In this document: positions 46,535-55,743 of the stretch, piece after piece | Numbering within the stretch: position 1 is the first letter of the stretch | Layout of the letters: each line of letters starts with the position of its first letter | NCBI GenBank assembly: GCA_965116885.1 | Contig: OZ220741.1 | Location: 2,368,001 to 2,432,000, forward strand | Reading direction: 5' to 3' | From: Candidatus Latescibacterota bacterium | Lineage (GTDB): Bacteria > Latescibacterota > UBA2968 | Length of the DNA: 64,000 bases | Made by a program: the position numbers and the translations under genes | Notes under the pieces: model-generated | What the model was told of the DNA's origin: nothing | The model's input: only the letters and a program-made list of their open reading frames with translations | Database searches by the model: none

Positions 46535-48277
46535 TTATTTTGCCAGCGGTCCCGTGGGTGCTTCTTTGCTGTAGAGCGCGCTTCCCCGCTCGTAGGATAC
46601 TGCCACCTGTCCGTTTCCTACCTGCAACCGGGGTACATTATTTGTGCCTACATCGCGGTCCGGTCCTCTCATGACAGCGAGTTGTGCATCGCTCATGCCC
46701 GCTATCAAATCGCCCCATCGGCTTTCTGGGTGTACCATGTCGCCTCCGCTGCGGTGGAAGTTCCGGGATGTGTATTTGATCAGGATGCCCCGTCTTGGTA
46801 TTGGATTTTTCCAGGCGAGAGCACCGTGGGTAGTTGCCCCATCCCCAAAAAAGAGCACGTCGCCCGCCTTCATCACTGGCTGTACCACAAGTCCCATGTC
46901 ATCGTCGCAGGTGCGGATGCCCGGCGGCATGGGATAAAACGCTTTGTGGCTGCCCGGTACGCAGGCGAATCCGCCCAGACCGGGTTCTACGTCTCGAAGT
47001 TGCCAGGCTACGGTGACTGCTTGATCGTAACTGCGTCCGTTTTGAAACACATAGCCCATCGGCGGATAGAGGGGTTCGTTGTTGCTGTGGAGCGAGTGTC
47101 CGCTGCCGCCCAGGACTGAGCAGAATGCCGTGGCACCTCCGCACCGCCCTCCGCTGGCGCCCATCCAGTTCAAGCGGTGTTCGACCTCTGGGTGTGCAAT
47201 CATTTGCCGGAATGGGTCGCTATACGGTTCTGGCAATTCGAGCAATCCAGAGAGGAGTGGTCGCCCCGTGCCGGCCAGGCTTTTTGAGCCTCGGGCCAGT
47301 TCTTCGCCCACTACGATGCGGTCTTCAAATTTATCTATGGTCTCGTTGGCTGCTGCCAGCCATTCTTCGTCCATGACGCCGCGGAGTACCAGATATCCGT
47401 TCAAATCCCAGAAATAGAATTCTTTGTAATCAATGCCCGAGTCCGGGTCCAGTTTGTAAATTGAGGGATGAAAGACCTCGCGAGATTCGTCCATCTTTAC
47501 TGTTTTTCCATCTGTTACTATTGTCGGGGGAGGTGTCGTGGATTTGTAACCGGGCTTGTAAAGCGATGCGCGTTGTTCTTCACTTAGCGAATCGTGCCAT
47601 TCTGGATGCGGCTCTTCCTCAGTCATTGGACCTGTTCCGGCTGACCGGATCACGCCCCTGCCCACGTATTCATAAGATAGGAGTCGCTGCTGTCCGTCTC
47701 CTTGCCAGGGGCGCATTCCCTGTAATGAGGATAGTGCTACTATCAGGAGATCTCCTGCCTTTAGCACGGGCTGGTATGTCAGGCCCATGTCGTCTTCGCT
47801 CGTGGTTATGTCTTCGGGCGATGCCACATTGCTTTTGTGCGAGCAGGGTATCAGTACTAAGCCGCCATCTCCTTCGTTTACGTCTTCCAGTGCCCAGATT
47901 GCGCGCACCCCTTCGCAATAACGCCGACCGTTCTGGTGGTAATACGCAATGCCCGGCATTCTCGGTTCGTTACCGCCTGTTAGCGGTGCTGTGGTATCGC
48001 AGGTCTCATCGCACAAGATTTCAGGCTCGCGGTCCAGGCGGAAGCCGATTCCTACAATTTGATTGAGATACCACACGAGGTGCGGATGGACGAGCAGTTC
48101 CCGGAATGGTTCTTTCAATTCGCCTTCCCATCCCAGCATGCCCGATGGTTGACCGGCTTTGTCAATGGCCTGGTTCAGTTGCACGACTTCGCCGCGGTTC
48201 AATACGCCCGGTACATGGAGATAGCCAGCTATATCAAAACAGTAATTCTCTTCGTTGCTCATGAGTTCCTGATCCAT
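46535..48277 (-). CDS. Tandem two-domain phytanoyl-CoA dioxygenase (PhyH) family protein
   Basis: Two repeats of F.WD..GYL...GV, GG..(C/L)(I/V)P.SHK and PV(L/M)KAGD. Confidence 0.85.
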   Translation of the reverse strand: MDQELMSNEENYCFDIAGYLHVPGVLNRGEVVQLNQAIDKAGQPSGMLGWEGELKEPFRELLVHPHLVWYLNQIVGIGFRLDREPEILCDETCDTTAPLTGGNEPRMPGIAYYHQNGRRYCEGVRAIWALEDVNEGDGGLVLIPCSHKSNVASPEDITTSEDDMGLTYQPVLKAGDLLIVALSSLQGMRPWQGDGQQRLLSYEYVGRGVIRSAGTGPMTEEEPHPEWHDSLSEEQRASLYKPGYKSTTPPPTIVTDGKTVKMDESREVFHPSIYKLDPDSGIDYKEFYFWDLNGYLVLRGVMDEEWLAAANETIDKFEDRIVVGEELARGSKSLAGTGRPLLSGLLELPEPYSDPFRQMIAHPEVEHRLNWMGASGGRCGGATAFCSVLGGSGHSLHSNNEPLYPPMGYVFQNGRSYDQAVTVAWQLRDVEPGLGGFACVPGSHKAFYPMPPGIRTCDDDMGLVVQPVMKAGDVLFFGDGATTHGALAWKNPIPRRGILIKYTSRNFHRSGGDMVHPESRWGDLIAGMSDAQLAVMRGPDRDVGTNNVPRLQVGNGQVAVSYERGSALYSKEAPTGPLAK

Positions 48278-48381
48278 TATATCCCCCTCAAGTTGGAAAG
48301 CTTATTGACAAAACAGAGAGCCAATCATTAATAATTCTAAAACATGTGTTAAATTATATTAAAAAACAAGAGAAATACAGT

Positions 48382-49443
48382 CTAATCGGGCACTTCGACG
48401 ACGTAAATCTGGCTGCTACCGGTTTGATCCGATGTGTAGATGACCCGTTTTCCATCGGGGCTGAACGATGGATGCGGATGAGACCACTGGGGGCCATAGG
48501 TATCGGCCTGGACTTTGTCGTCGTCTGCGGGCACTGTTTCGGCCCACTGCGTTCCCCCATTGGAACTGCGGGGATAACACAGGGTTTTGTGTTCACCCGT
48601 TTCTGGATCGATCAGTTGTAGCCCGATGTCTGGACAGGTGGTGTCGCATACAATGCGCGACCCATCTGGACTGGGCGATGGATGCCAGGTGTTGAATTCG
48701 GCGATTTTTCGATCTTTGTCTTCGCCCACCCGAATGCCCCGCAACGCATAAGGCCAGTGTACGAAGATGACTTCGTCGGTGTGCCCCAGGAATGTTTCGT
48801 GGGTAATCCACACGGTTTTGTCGTGTTTGAATAGGGGGCGTTCGTTGCTCCCATCAATCCGCACTTCCCACATTCGCTGATTGATATCGCTGGAATACAG
48901 GATGAGGTCCGGATCAGTCGGGCAGACCTGCACGTGGCCCACAGCGCGAGGGGGTTCGCGGACGATCCTGTGCCCCGATCCGTCTGTGTTCACCGCTACG
49001 ACTGCCGAATGCCCGTTGTGTTGCAAAGGGGTTACCAGCCGTTCCCCATCTGCCGATAGGCTGCATCCACCCACGCGGTTTTCGCCAAAATCGGCGAGGA
49101 TGGATTCTTCCAGTGTCTCGATATTCACGGCGCGAATCTGTCCACCTGTGTTGTAAAATACCCGGTGTCCGTCTTTGGCAGGACAGGCGGCAAATCCACC
49201 GAATCCCTCCATGTCGGTCAATTGCGTCATTTCTCCGCTGTTCTCATCCATTTTGAAGAGGTTGGGGTGTCCAGATCGGTATGAAGTGAATACAATGGTT
49301 TTTCCATCCGGCATCCAGGATGGATTTGAAAAGTACAGGTTGTGGCTGACTGCGGGATGGTCCGTCATTTGCCGGATCGCCGCGCCCGTTTTTTTGTCTT
49401 TTAATGCTTTTGCTTCCGAAGAATACGTCTGTCCTTTTGCCAT
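48382..49443 (-). CDS. Oligogalacturonate lyase-like / TolB-like beta-propeller
   Basis: HNLYFSNPSW.PDG, GHVQ, THETF, HPHPSFSPDGKRVIYTSD. Confidence 0.8.
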   Translation of the reverse strand: MAKGQTYSSEAKALKDKKTGAAIRQMTDHPAVSHNLYFSNPSWMPDGKTIVFTSYRSGHPNLFKMDENSGEMTQLTDMEGFGGFAACPAKDGHRVFYNTGGQIRAVNIETLEESILADFGENRVGGCSLSADGERLVTPLQHNGHSAVVAVNTDGSGHRIVREPPRAVGHVQVCPTDPDLILYSSDINQRMWEVRIDGSNERPLFKHDKTVWITHETFLGHTDEVIFVHWPYALRGIRVGEDKDRKIAEFNTWHPSPSPDGSRIVCDTTCPDIGLQLIDPETGEHKTLCYPRSSNGGTQWAETVPADDDKVQADTYGPQWSHPHPSFSPDGKRVIYTSDQTGSSQIYVVEVPD

Positions 49444-49461
49444 GTCTGATGCCTCCATTGG

Positions 49462-50661
49462 TCATCGCTTTGGGAAGAACACATCCACACACGCCTCCAC
49501 ATCAAATGGGTCGCATCCGTAGTCCTGTTTAAATTTTTCGAGGTGTTCTATTTCGTGTATTGTCGGTTCTTTCAATGGCAGATCGACCGGTTTTCGCCCT
49601 ATGCGTCCGGATTCTTCTACTGCGACCTGGACTTCGATGTCCCGTCGCGCTCTTTGCGCGTCATAGCGCGTGGGCAGGTTTTCTCGAACCGCTTGAGCAA
49701 TGCTGTCCATTTCTTCTACAATCGCCAGTCTTCCCGGCGATGTTTTGTATTGGGGCCATGGATTTTCCCACGTCAGCGGGGGATCGGTTTCGATTACCAT
49801 TCGCTTCAGTATCTGTACTCCATCTTTTTCACGGGTTTCTGTGTGGATGGGATAGGCAGTGGCTCGTCCTCCGCTCAATCGCTGTGCTTGTGTGGTTATA
49901 TGTATTTCATTTTCTACAATGGTTCCGGTTGTGCCATCCACCTGGAATAATGTCTGGCTTTTTCGCCCGAGCGCCCGACCGTGATACATTGAGGAGTAGG
50001 ACATTATTGCCAGTGCGCCGTTCTCAAACTCGACGAGGTCCATTGTCCAGTGTTCGGTGGTAAATTGCCGAATTTCGCTTACATTCACGCGCGGGATTGG
50101 CGAATCCATCACCAATCCGGTTACCCGAATGGGCGCCGCATCGCCTACCATCATCCGCACGCTGCTGACGATGTGATAGCCGCCGGTTTGAAATAGGGCA
50201 AAGACCCGAAGTACGTCTCCAATGGCTCCGGCGTCGATGGCTTGTCGTTTGATCAGGTGAAGGGGGTCCCGGCAGTATTGCTCTGCTATTTCGAGTTTTA
50301 CGCCGTTGCGAGCTACCGCGTTGATCAATACGTCTGCGGTTTGCAGGGTGGGTGAAATGGGGGTTTCTACGATCAGGTTTACGCCGTGTTCGGCCAGATA
50401 TGCACCGATGGCGTGGTGTGAGTCAGCGGGTGTGCTTATTGCCGCGATGTCCAGTTCTTCATGTGCGACCAGGTCCTGTACCCGCGAATAAGCGGGTACT
50501 CCGTGTTCAGCGCCTATTTTTCGCGCTTTTTCCCCATCTACATCGCATATCGCGGCGAGTTCGAATACATCCGACATCAACAAGATTGCGGGGAGTCGCA
50601 CACCCAGCCCACGGCCACCGCAGCCCACGAGAGCGATTCTCAATTTTTCTTTTGCGGCCAT
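49462..50661 (-). CDS. Gfo/Idh/MocA family oxidoreductase
   Basis: Rossmann LVGCGGRG; ISTPADSH; VETP in place of the usual EKP. Confidence 0.88.
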   Translation of the reverse strand: MAAKEKLRIALVGCGGRGLGVRLPAILLMSDVFELAAICDVDGEKARKIGAEHGVPAYSRVQDLVAHEELDIAAISTPADSHHAIGAYLAEHGVNLIVETPISPTLQTADVLINAVARNGVKLEIAEQYCRDPLHLIKRQAIDAGAIGDVLRVFALFQTGGYHIVSSVRMMVGDAAPIRVTGLVMDSPIPRVNVSEIRQFTTEHWTMDLVEFENGALAIMSYSSMYHGRALGRKSQTLFQVDGTTGTIVENEIHITTQAQRLSGGRATAYPIHTETREKDGVQILKRMVIETDPPLTWENPWPQYKTSPGRLAIVEEMDSIAQAVRENLPTRYDAQRARRDIEVQVAVEESGRIGRKPVDLPLKEPTIHEIEHLEKFKQDYGCDPFDVEACVDVFFPKR

Positions 50662-50693
50662 GGCGGTCCTTTCTGGATTGATAGGTATGTACA

Positions 50694-51542
50694 CTACGGC
50701 GGTAGTCGCGGTGGTATTGGCTGAATAATTTTTTTCTGTTCGGGTGTCAAACGTTCCAATAATTCTTCTGAGGGGACGTAGTGAAACCGCGTGCGGATGA
50801 ATCGCGGGGAATACCGATAGACCACGGTGCGGCGATACCCTTTGTTCGTGCGTTCGGCTGATCCATGTGCGACCGAATCTGTGAAAAATAACGCGTCGCC
50901 CGCTTTCATGTACATTTCTTTCATGCCTACAGCAGTTCCAGCGGGTTCTGTACCAGAACTCACCACGCCCTTGTCATCTACAAGCAATTTGGGATGTATT
51001 TCTGTGCTTTTATGGCTGCCGGGTACGAGGACTGTTGGTCCATCTCCCGGTTCTATATCCGTCAATGCCACCAGTACGTTGATCTGGCCTACCATCCACG
51101 CGCCTGTGTTGTGTTGCCGAAAGGTGAAATAGCACCGGGGCGCGTGACCGCCACTGTGGATATAGATAAATCCGCCGGGCCCGCGTATGGTTAAAAAATT
51201 TTCGTGGATCGAGATGCCGTTTACTTCGTCGTTGATGTAGCGTTTGGCCAGGTCAATCCACGATGGATGATCGATTAATCGCTCGAATACCGGTCCAGCT
51301 TCGATGATGTTCTGAAAGTTCAATCCGTCTTTTTCGCGGTAGGTATGCGTTTCCACATGGCCGATCCAAGCACCCGTATCATCACTCGCACCCCGACGCT
51401 TTTTGCCATGCACGTATTCCCAATGGTCATCTACCCATTGGTTCATCTCCTGTACGTCCTTTTCCGACACTGCGTTTTCCAGATGCAGATAGCCGTGCAA
51501 GTCAAATAAATAATCCTGTAATTGCTGGTCAGAATTATCCAT
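50694..51542 (-). CDS. PhyH-family Fe(II)/2-oxoglutarate enzyme with HxG motif
   Basis: FDLHGYL, IHSGG, VPGSHK, KAGDALFFTDSVAHGS, RR. Confidence 0.85.
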   Translation of the reverse strand: MDNSDQQLQDYLFDLHGYLHLENAVSEKDVQEMNQWVDDHWEYVHGKKRRGASDDTGAWIGHVETHTYREKDGLNFQNIIEAGPVFERLIDHPSWIDLAKRYINDEVNGISIHENFLTIRGPGGFIYIHSGGHAPRCYFTFRQHNTGAWMVGQINVLVALTDIEPGDGPTVLVPGSHKSTEIHPKLLVDDKGVVSSGTEPAGTAVGMKEMYMKAGDALFFTDSVAHGSAERTNKGYRRTVVYRYSPRFIRTRFHYVPSEELLERLTPEQKKIIQPIPPRLPP

Positions 51543-52353
51543 AGGCCCCCTTCTCATGCCGCCCCAATAACCGCTGCATTCGCGCGTCGGTTCCTGTCCA
51601 GACGTATTCTGGCATGCGATAATCGATGAATGGGTATAATCGCTGCGCGATGATGCGTTGGCTGTACACGACGGAGCCTACATAGCGGACCTGGTCGGAT
51701 TTGTTTTGCGATCCCCGATGCCACACTTGATTGTGGAACATGCACAGATCACCCGGCTCGGCAATCATGGATACGGGTCCCCGACCATCGAACTCGGGGG
51801 CTTCCGTTTTGTCCGGTCGCCTGCCCGCGTAATGGCTGCCGGGGACTACTTCTGTGACGCCGTATTCGATGGCGTCGGCCCGGCTTAGCGGGAATAATAC
51901 GTTTAATACAAAACAGGGCAATGGGATTTTTTTGTTGTGCCGGGGAACATTGTCTGGTAATGGAAAAATTATGCGGTCATCCAGATGCCATCCTCCGCCC
52001 TGACCGGGTTCATAACGCAGGGCATTTTGCGACATCATGTGGCAATCATCACCCAGGATTGCCTCTGATAGGCTCACGAATGGTTCTCGTGCGATCAGGT
52101 CCCGGAAGTTGATGTCATATTCATACATCCGCATCATACTGATGCCCCGAATATGGTCTCCTTCGGGTTCGTGCATTTTCGGGTCCTGATATTTTCGCTC
52201 CATTGCTTCCCGCAATGTCAGTACTTCTTTTTCCGTTAATACGCCTTTTAAGAACAAATACCCATCCCGCTGAAATTGCGCGATTAGGTCGCGGGTTTTG
52301 TCCGCACCATAAGGTTTGGCGTTTTTGTCGATTACGCTGTTTGTGGTGTACAT
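51535..52353 (-). CDS. PhyH-family dioxygenase
   Basis: FQRDGYL, GWHLD (HxD), VPGSH, WHRG. Confidence 0.9.
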   Translation of the reverse strand: MYTTNSVIDKNAKPYGADKTRDLIAQFQRDGYLFLKGVLTEKEVLTLREAMERKYQDPKMHEPEGDHIRGISMMRMYEYDINFRDLIAREPFVSLSEAILGDDCHMMSQNALRYEPGQGGGWHLDDRIIFPLPDNVPRHNKKIPLPCFVLNVLFPLSRADAIEYGVTEVVPGSHYAGRRPDKTEAPEFDGRGPVSMIAEPGDLCMFHNQVWHRGSQNKSDQVRYVGSVVYSQRIIAQRLYPFIDYRMPEYVWTGTDARMQRLLGRHEKGAYG

Positions 52354-52363
52354 TGCTATCTCA

Positions 52364-53827
52364 CTATTTCATTAATCCCAATATATCCTCATATACGGCC
52401 AGGCCACCAAAATAGGTGAAGGCGAGGCCCGATATTATATTGAGCGCGACGAGAAACCAGCCCATTTGCAATGGGGGTGGGACGTATTTGCGGTCGATAT
52501 AGATCATCGCAAAGCACCAGGGGCCAGCGAGGAGTACCCCGGTGATGTGTAGAGGGATTGTCATAATTGAAATTGGGTTCCAGCCGATGCCATTCGGGTC
52601 CTGGGTGGCTGTCCACCAGGCGTATAGGACCAGTGCGCCACCCGCAATAGCGGTGTAGCCCAGTGTCCATTTTCGCACGTTGTTCAATGATAGGTCGCGC
52701 CATTTGGGGGTTATTGCGCGTATGCTTTCATGTGCGGTGCGGACATATAGTTCATACGCGCCGTACACGGTGCCAAAAATTGCGAAGAATACGCCGAGCT
52801 TGTACAATCCCGAGAGGAATGTTTTGACGCCCGTGCTTTCGTGCAATGCGGTTAAAAATACGACCTGATGGTTGTAGAGATCCATGCCGGACGGTACGAT
52901 TTCTCGCGGATGTAAGAGGGCGGCACCTAAAATCAAAAAGGCCGCTGTGAACAATAATACGCTGGCAAATGATACGAGTGTATCGACCAGCGGTGCTTTT
53001 AACCACGCCTTGCCCAATTCGAGATTTTCCTGAGTTTCCAGGATTGTTTCCTTCTCATTGCTGCGTCTGCCAATCATTCCCCACACTTTTTCGCGTAGCA
53101 TGCCCACATATCCCACATAGTCCTGTACCCCGCCACCGATTACGCCCATGTACGCGACCATTTCGACAATTAATGTTCGGTCTGCAAATAGCGGATTGCG
53201 CGATACCCATTCTGGATATACCGGGAATGTGGGTACTACTGCACCCATTAGCGCGGCGACCCAGTCGGGATTTGCCGCTACTGTCGCGATTAACATGACC
53301 AGCAACATCAATCCCACGAGTGAGGTTTGCGCTTTTTCCAACAGACCATAACTCTGTTTCAGGGTTAGCAGGATTAAGAATGCGATAAATATCAGGGCGA
53401 TTAAATGCGGATATCGCGCGGGGTCGTCAAATAATATCCAGGACGAGATTGTGCCGAGCATGATGGGTAAGCTGGATAGATAAAATGGGAAGCTCACGAC
53501 CATGACCACGCCTACAACTGCTGGAAATAATCCCCTCGGTCCGGGTAATTGCGCCCAGCGCTCCATGGGGTGCTCGCCGGTTAGTGTCATATATCGCGCT
53601 GCGGAATACACTTGAACGACTTTTGTGATGCAAAACAGGCTGAATGCCCAGAACATCGCGTAGCCAAAGATCGCCCCGCTGCGCGATGCCCACACGGTTT
53701 CCCCACTTCCGATGGTTACCGATGCGATGATCGCGCCTGGCCCGAAGAATTTTAAGAAATCGCCGATTTTCCGCGAGCGCAATGCTGCCGCCAGTTCCGG
53801 AAATTCCAATTTTTTTGTTTCTGCCAT
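52364..53827 (-). CDS. Nramp-like (APC superfamily) transporter
   Basis: GPGAIIASVTIGSGE motif; ~11 TMs. Confidence 0.8.
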   Translation of the reverse strand: MAETKKLEFPELAAALRSRKIGDFLKFFGPGAIIASVTIGSGETVWASRSGAIFGYAMFWAFSLFCITKVVQVYSAARYMTLTGEHPMERWAQLPGPRGLFPAVVGVVMVVSFPFYLSSLPIMLGTISSWILFDDPARYPHLIALIFIAFLILLTLKQSYGLLEKAQTSLVGLMLLVMLIATVAANPDWVAALMGAVVPTFPVYPEWVSRNPLFADRTLIVEMVAYMGVIGGGVQDYVGYVGMLREKVWGMIGRRSNEKETILETQENLELGKAWLKAPLVDTLVSFASVLLFTAAFLILGAALLHPREIVPSGMDLYNHQVVFLTALHESTGVKTFLSGLYKLGVFFAIFGTVYGAYELYVRTAHESIRAITPKWRDLSLNNVRKWTLGYTAIAGGALVLYAWWTATQDPNGIGWNPISIMTIPLHITGVLLAGPWCFAMIYIDRKYVPPPLQMGWFLVALNIISGLAFTYFGGLAVYEDILGLMK

Positions 53828-53841
53828 GATTTCTCCTATCG

Positions 53842-53879
53842 AAAAACCCCAGTCCAACCGATTTTACGGAGGACTGGGG
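53842..53879 (-). terminator. Intrinsic terminator after the cyclase gene
   Basis: CCCCAGTCC...GGACTGGGG followed by TTTTT on the minus strand. Confidence 0.65.
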
Positions 53880-53895
53880 ATTGGAAGGTGCGGCA

Positions 53896-54831
53896 CTATT
53901 TTACGGCGATGGGATTTCCCGGAGAACCCGTGCCGCCTTTCAGGCGCAATGGCGAAAATACAAATGCAAATTCATATACCTGATCTTTTGCCAGTTCTTC
54001 CAGGTCCAGGTTTTCTAAGATGTAAATTCCATGCTGGGCGATGAGCAGTTGATGTACGGGAAAAGCCAGCGAGGCATCTTCGCCGGGTACGACTTCCAGG
54101 CCCCAGGTATCGCCTGCGACCATTACAATTTTTTTATTTACGAGCCACTGGCCCACAGCCATTCCAATACCCGGCTGGCCTTTGTTGAATGTTTCGTTGT
54201 CTTTCATCCACAGGGTGCCGTGTCCCGTGCGGAAGATCACGACATCGCCTTCTCCCACGGAGACATTTTGTTTTTTTAATGCTCCCTCGGTATCGGCTAC
54301 TGTGATTACGTATCCGACTTCTAATCGCTCGACACCTTTGTATCCCGCGATGTCTATCAGTACGCCGCGCGTGAAGAATGATCCCGCCTTTTCCACACCC
54401 AATTTTTCCAGGCCATAAGGTTTGCTAAAGTTCGAGCTTTTGAAGCCATTGTAATACACATCCTCGTTTCCTACCCGCGTGCCAATATGCCCCAATCCGT
54501 CGAATTGTGTACCGATTTGACCGATTTCACCACTGAACATTTCATCGTACCATACGAGTTTGTTTTCTCCGAGCGGTCCACCACTTGGGTTGCCCACGAT
54601 TGTCAAACTGTAGTGCCGGGAGCCAAATAGCGGTATTCCGTGTTCATATACTTTTCCCAATTGATAGACTTTGCCGGTTTTGATCAATTTGGTCGCTTCC
54701 AGGACTTTGGCTGGTGTCAACCGGTTCGCGGCGCCCCGTTCGTCTTCGGGCCCCCACTCCGATGTCGATTGCTGGGCATATACTGGCACCAGCATCAGAT
54801 TGACCAGTAGTGTTATAAATATGCGTTTCAC
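53896..54831 (-). CDS. Cyclase family (kynurenine formamidase-like) metal-dependent hydrolase with signal peptide
   Basis: QIGTQFDGLGH, TRGVLID, ILENL, GGTGSPGNPIA; GTG start after AGGAGG. Confidence 0.88.
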   Translation of the reverse strand: MKRIFITLLVNLMLVPVYAQQSTSEWGPEDERGAANRLTPAKVLEATKLIKTGKVYQLGKVYEHGIPLFGSRHYSLTIVGNPSGGPLGENKLVWYDEMFSGEIGQIGTQFDGLGHIGTRVGNEDVYYNGFKSSNFSKPYGLEKLGVEKAGSFFTRGVLIDIAGYKGVERLEVGYVITVADTEGALKKQNVSVGEGDVVIFRTGHGTLWMKDNETFNKGQPGIGMAVGQWLVNKKIVMVAGDTWGLEVVPGEDASLAFPVHQLLIAQHGIYILENLDLEELAKDQVYEFAFVFSPLRLKGGTGSPGNPIAVK

Positions 54832-54859
54832 GATTTCCCTCCTTTGAAAAGATACCGAT

Positions 54860-55735
54860 TCATCGCGTTTTCTCATAAAGCGCGATGCTTACCTGTGTGC
54901 CGGGGAATAGTGCAGATGGATACACCCACATGTCGTCTTCCCGAATGTACACCCGTTCATCTCCCGAGCGAATGTGTAAACGTCCGTTGTTTTCCTGGCA
55001 AATTTGTTTGACAATGTATAGACCCAGTCCCCGTGTATTGCCCCGCGAGACGGTTTTCTGAATCGCCATTTTTATTGCCTGTCCGTGCGACCAGTGCGCT
55101 GTATCGTGTCCTGTTGATAGGCTCTCGCGAATGCCAATGCCCAGATCGCACACGCCGATGATTGCAAATTTTCTGTTCAATCTGTGATTGGTATAGCGCT
55201 GCGCGACCACAAATCCTTTATCCCCGCTGTGGTCCAGGATATTGTGACACAATTCGGCTACGACATTTTTAAATCCCGTAATTTCCCGCACGGTATAGTG
55301 TAGCTCTTCACTCAAGATGGTGCCGACCCGCGATTCAATTACACTCAGAACTTGTTCGATATCACTCCGCTGTTCAATGGTCGTAATTTCCAACAGGCTT
55401 TCGTTGCGGGTTCGCGGCTGTCCCGTTTGCGGTACGCGCGCTACTGTTACATAAGTCTTCAGGGCGTCAAATACTTTCATCCGCGTCAAATAGCGCTCGA
55501 CATCTGAATTTTCGGGCAGTCGGCACGTAATATCCCAGTATTTGGCACTCAGATGTCGGCCTATCAAACACAACATCCCCATGCCATAGGGATCGACAAA
55601 ACCCAATTTTGACAGATCCAGAACGATGTTGTCTTCATCTCGCTGCGACGAGAATGCTCCGAGGTCGCGCAGTACATTATCACACGAGACAGCAGACAAA
55701 TTCTGTTCCGCTATCGCCAGCGTGTTGTTATCCAT
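54860..55735 (-). CDS. STAS-like + HATPase_c domain protein
   Basis: LDLSKLGFVDP; ELCHNILDHS; DLGIGI; RGLGL; FPGT. Confidence 0.8.
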   Translation of the reverse strand: MDNNTLAIAEQNLSAVSCDNVLRDLGAFSSQRDEDNIVLDLSKLGFVDPYGMGMLCLIGRHLSAKYWDITCRLPENSDVERYLTRMKVFDALKTYVTVARVPQTGQPRTRNESLLEITTIEQRSDIEQVLSVIESRVGTILSEELHYTVREITGFKNVVAELCHNILDHSGDKGFVVAQRYTNHRLNRKFAIIGVCDLGIGIRESLSTGHDTAHWSHGQAIKMAIQKTVSRGNTRGLGLYIVKQICQENNGRLHIRSGDERVYIREDDMWVYPSALFPGTQVSIALYEKTR

Positions 55736-55743
55736 GTGATCGT

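Noticed and set aside
48305..48335. Plus-strand TTGACA promoter-like sequence
   Set aside because: Poor -10 element, and it points antisense into the Ogl-like gene within an AT-rich spacer.
54860..55735. STAS-HATPase as part of a defence or signalling system
   Set aside because: No partner genes (DUF4325, PIN, response regulator) are adjacent to support a system-level call.
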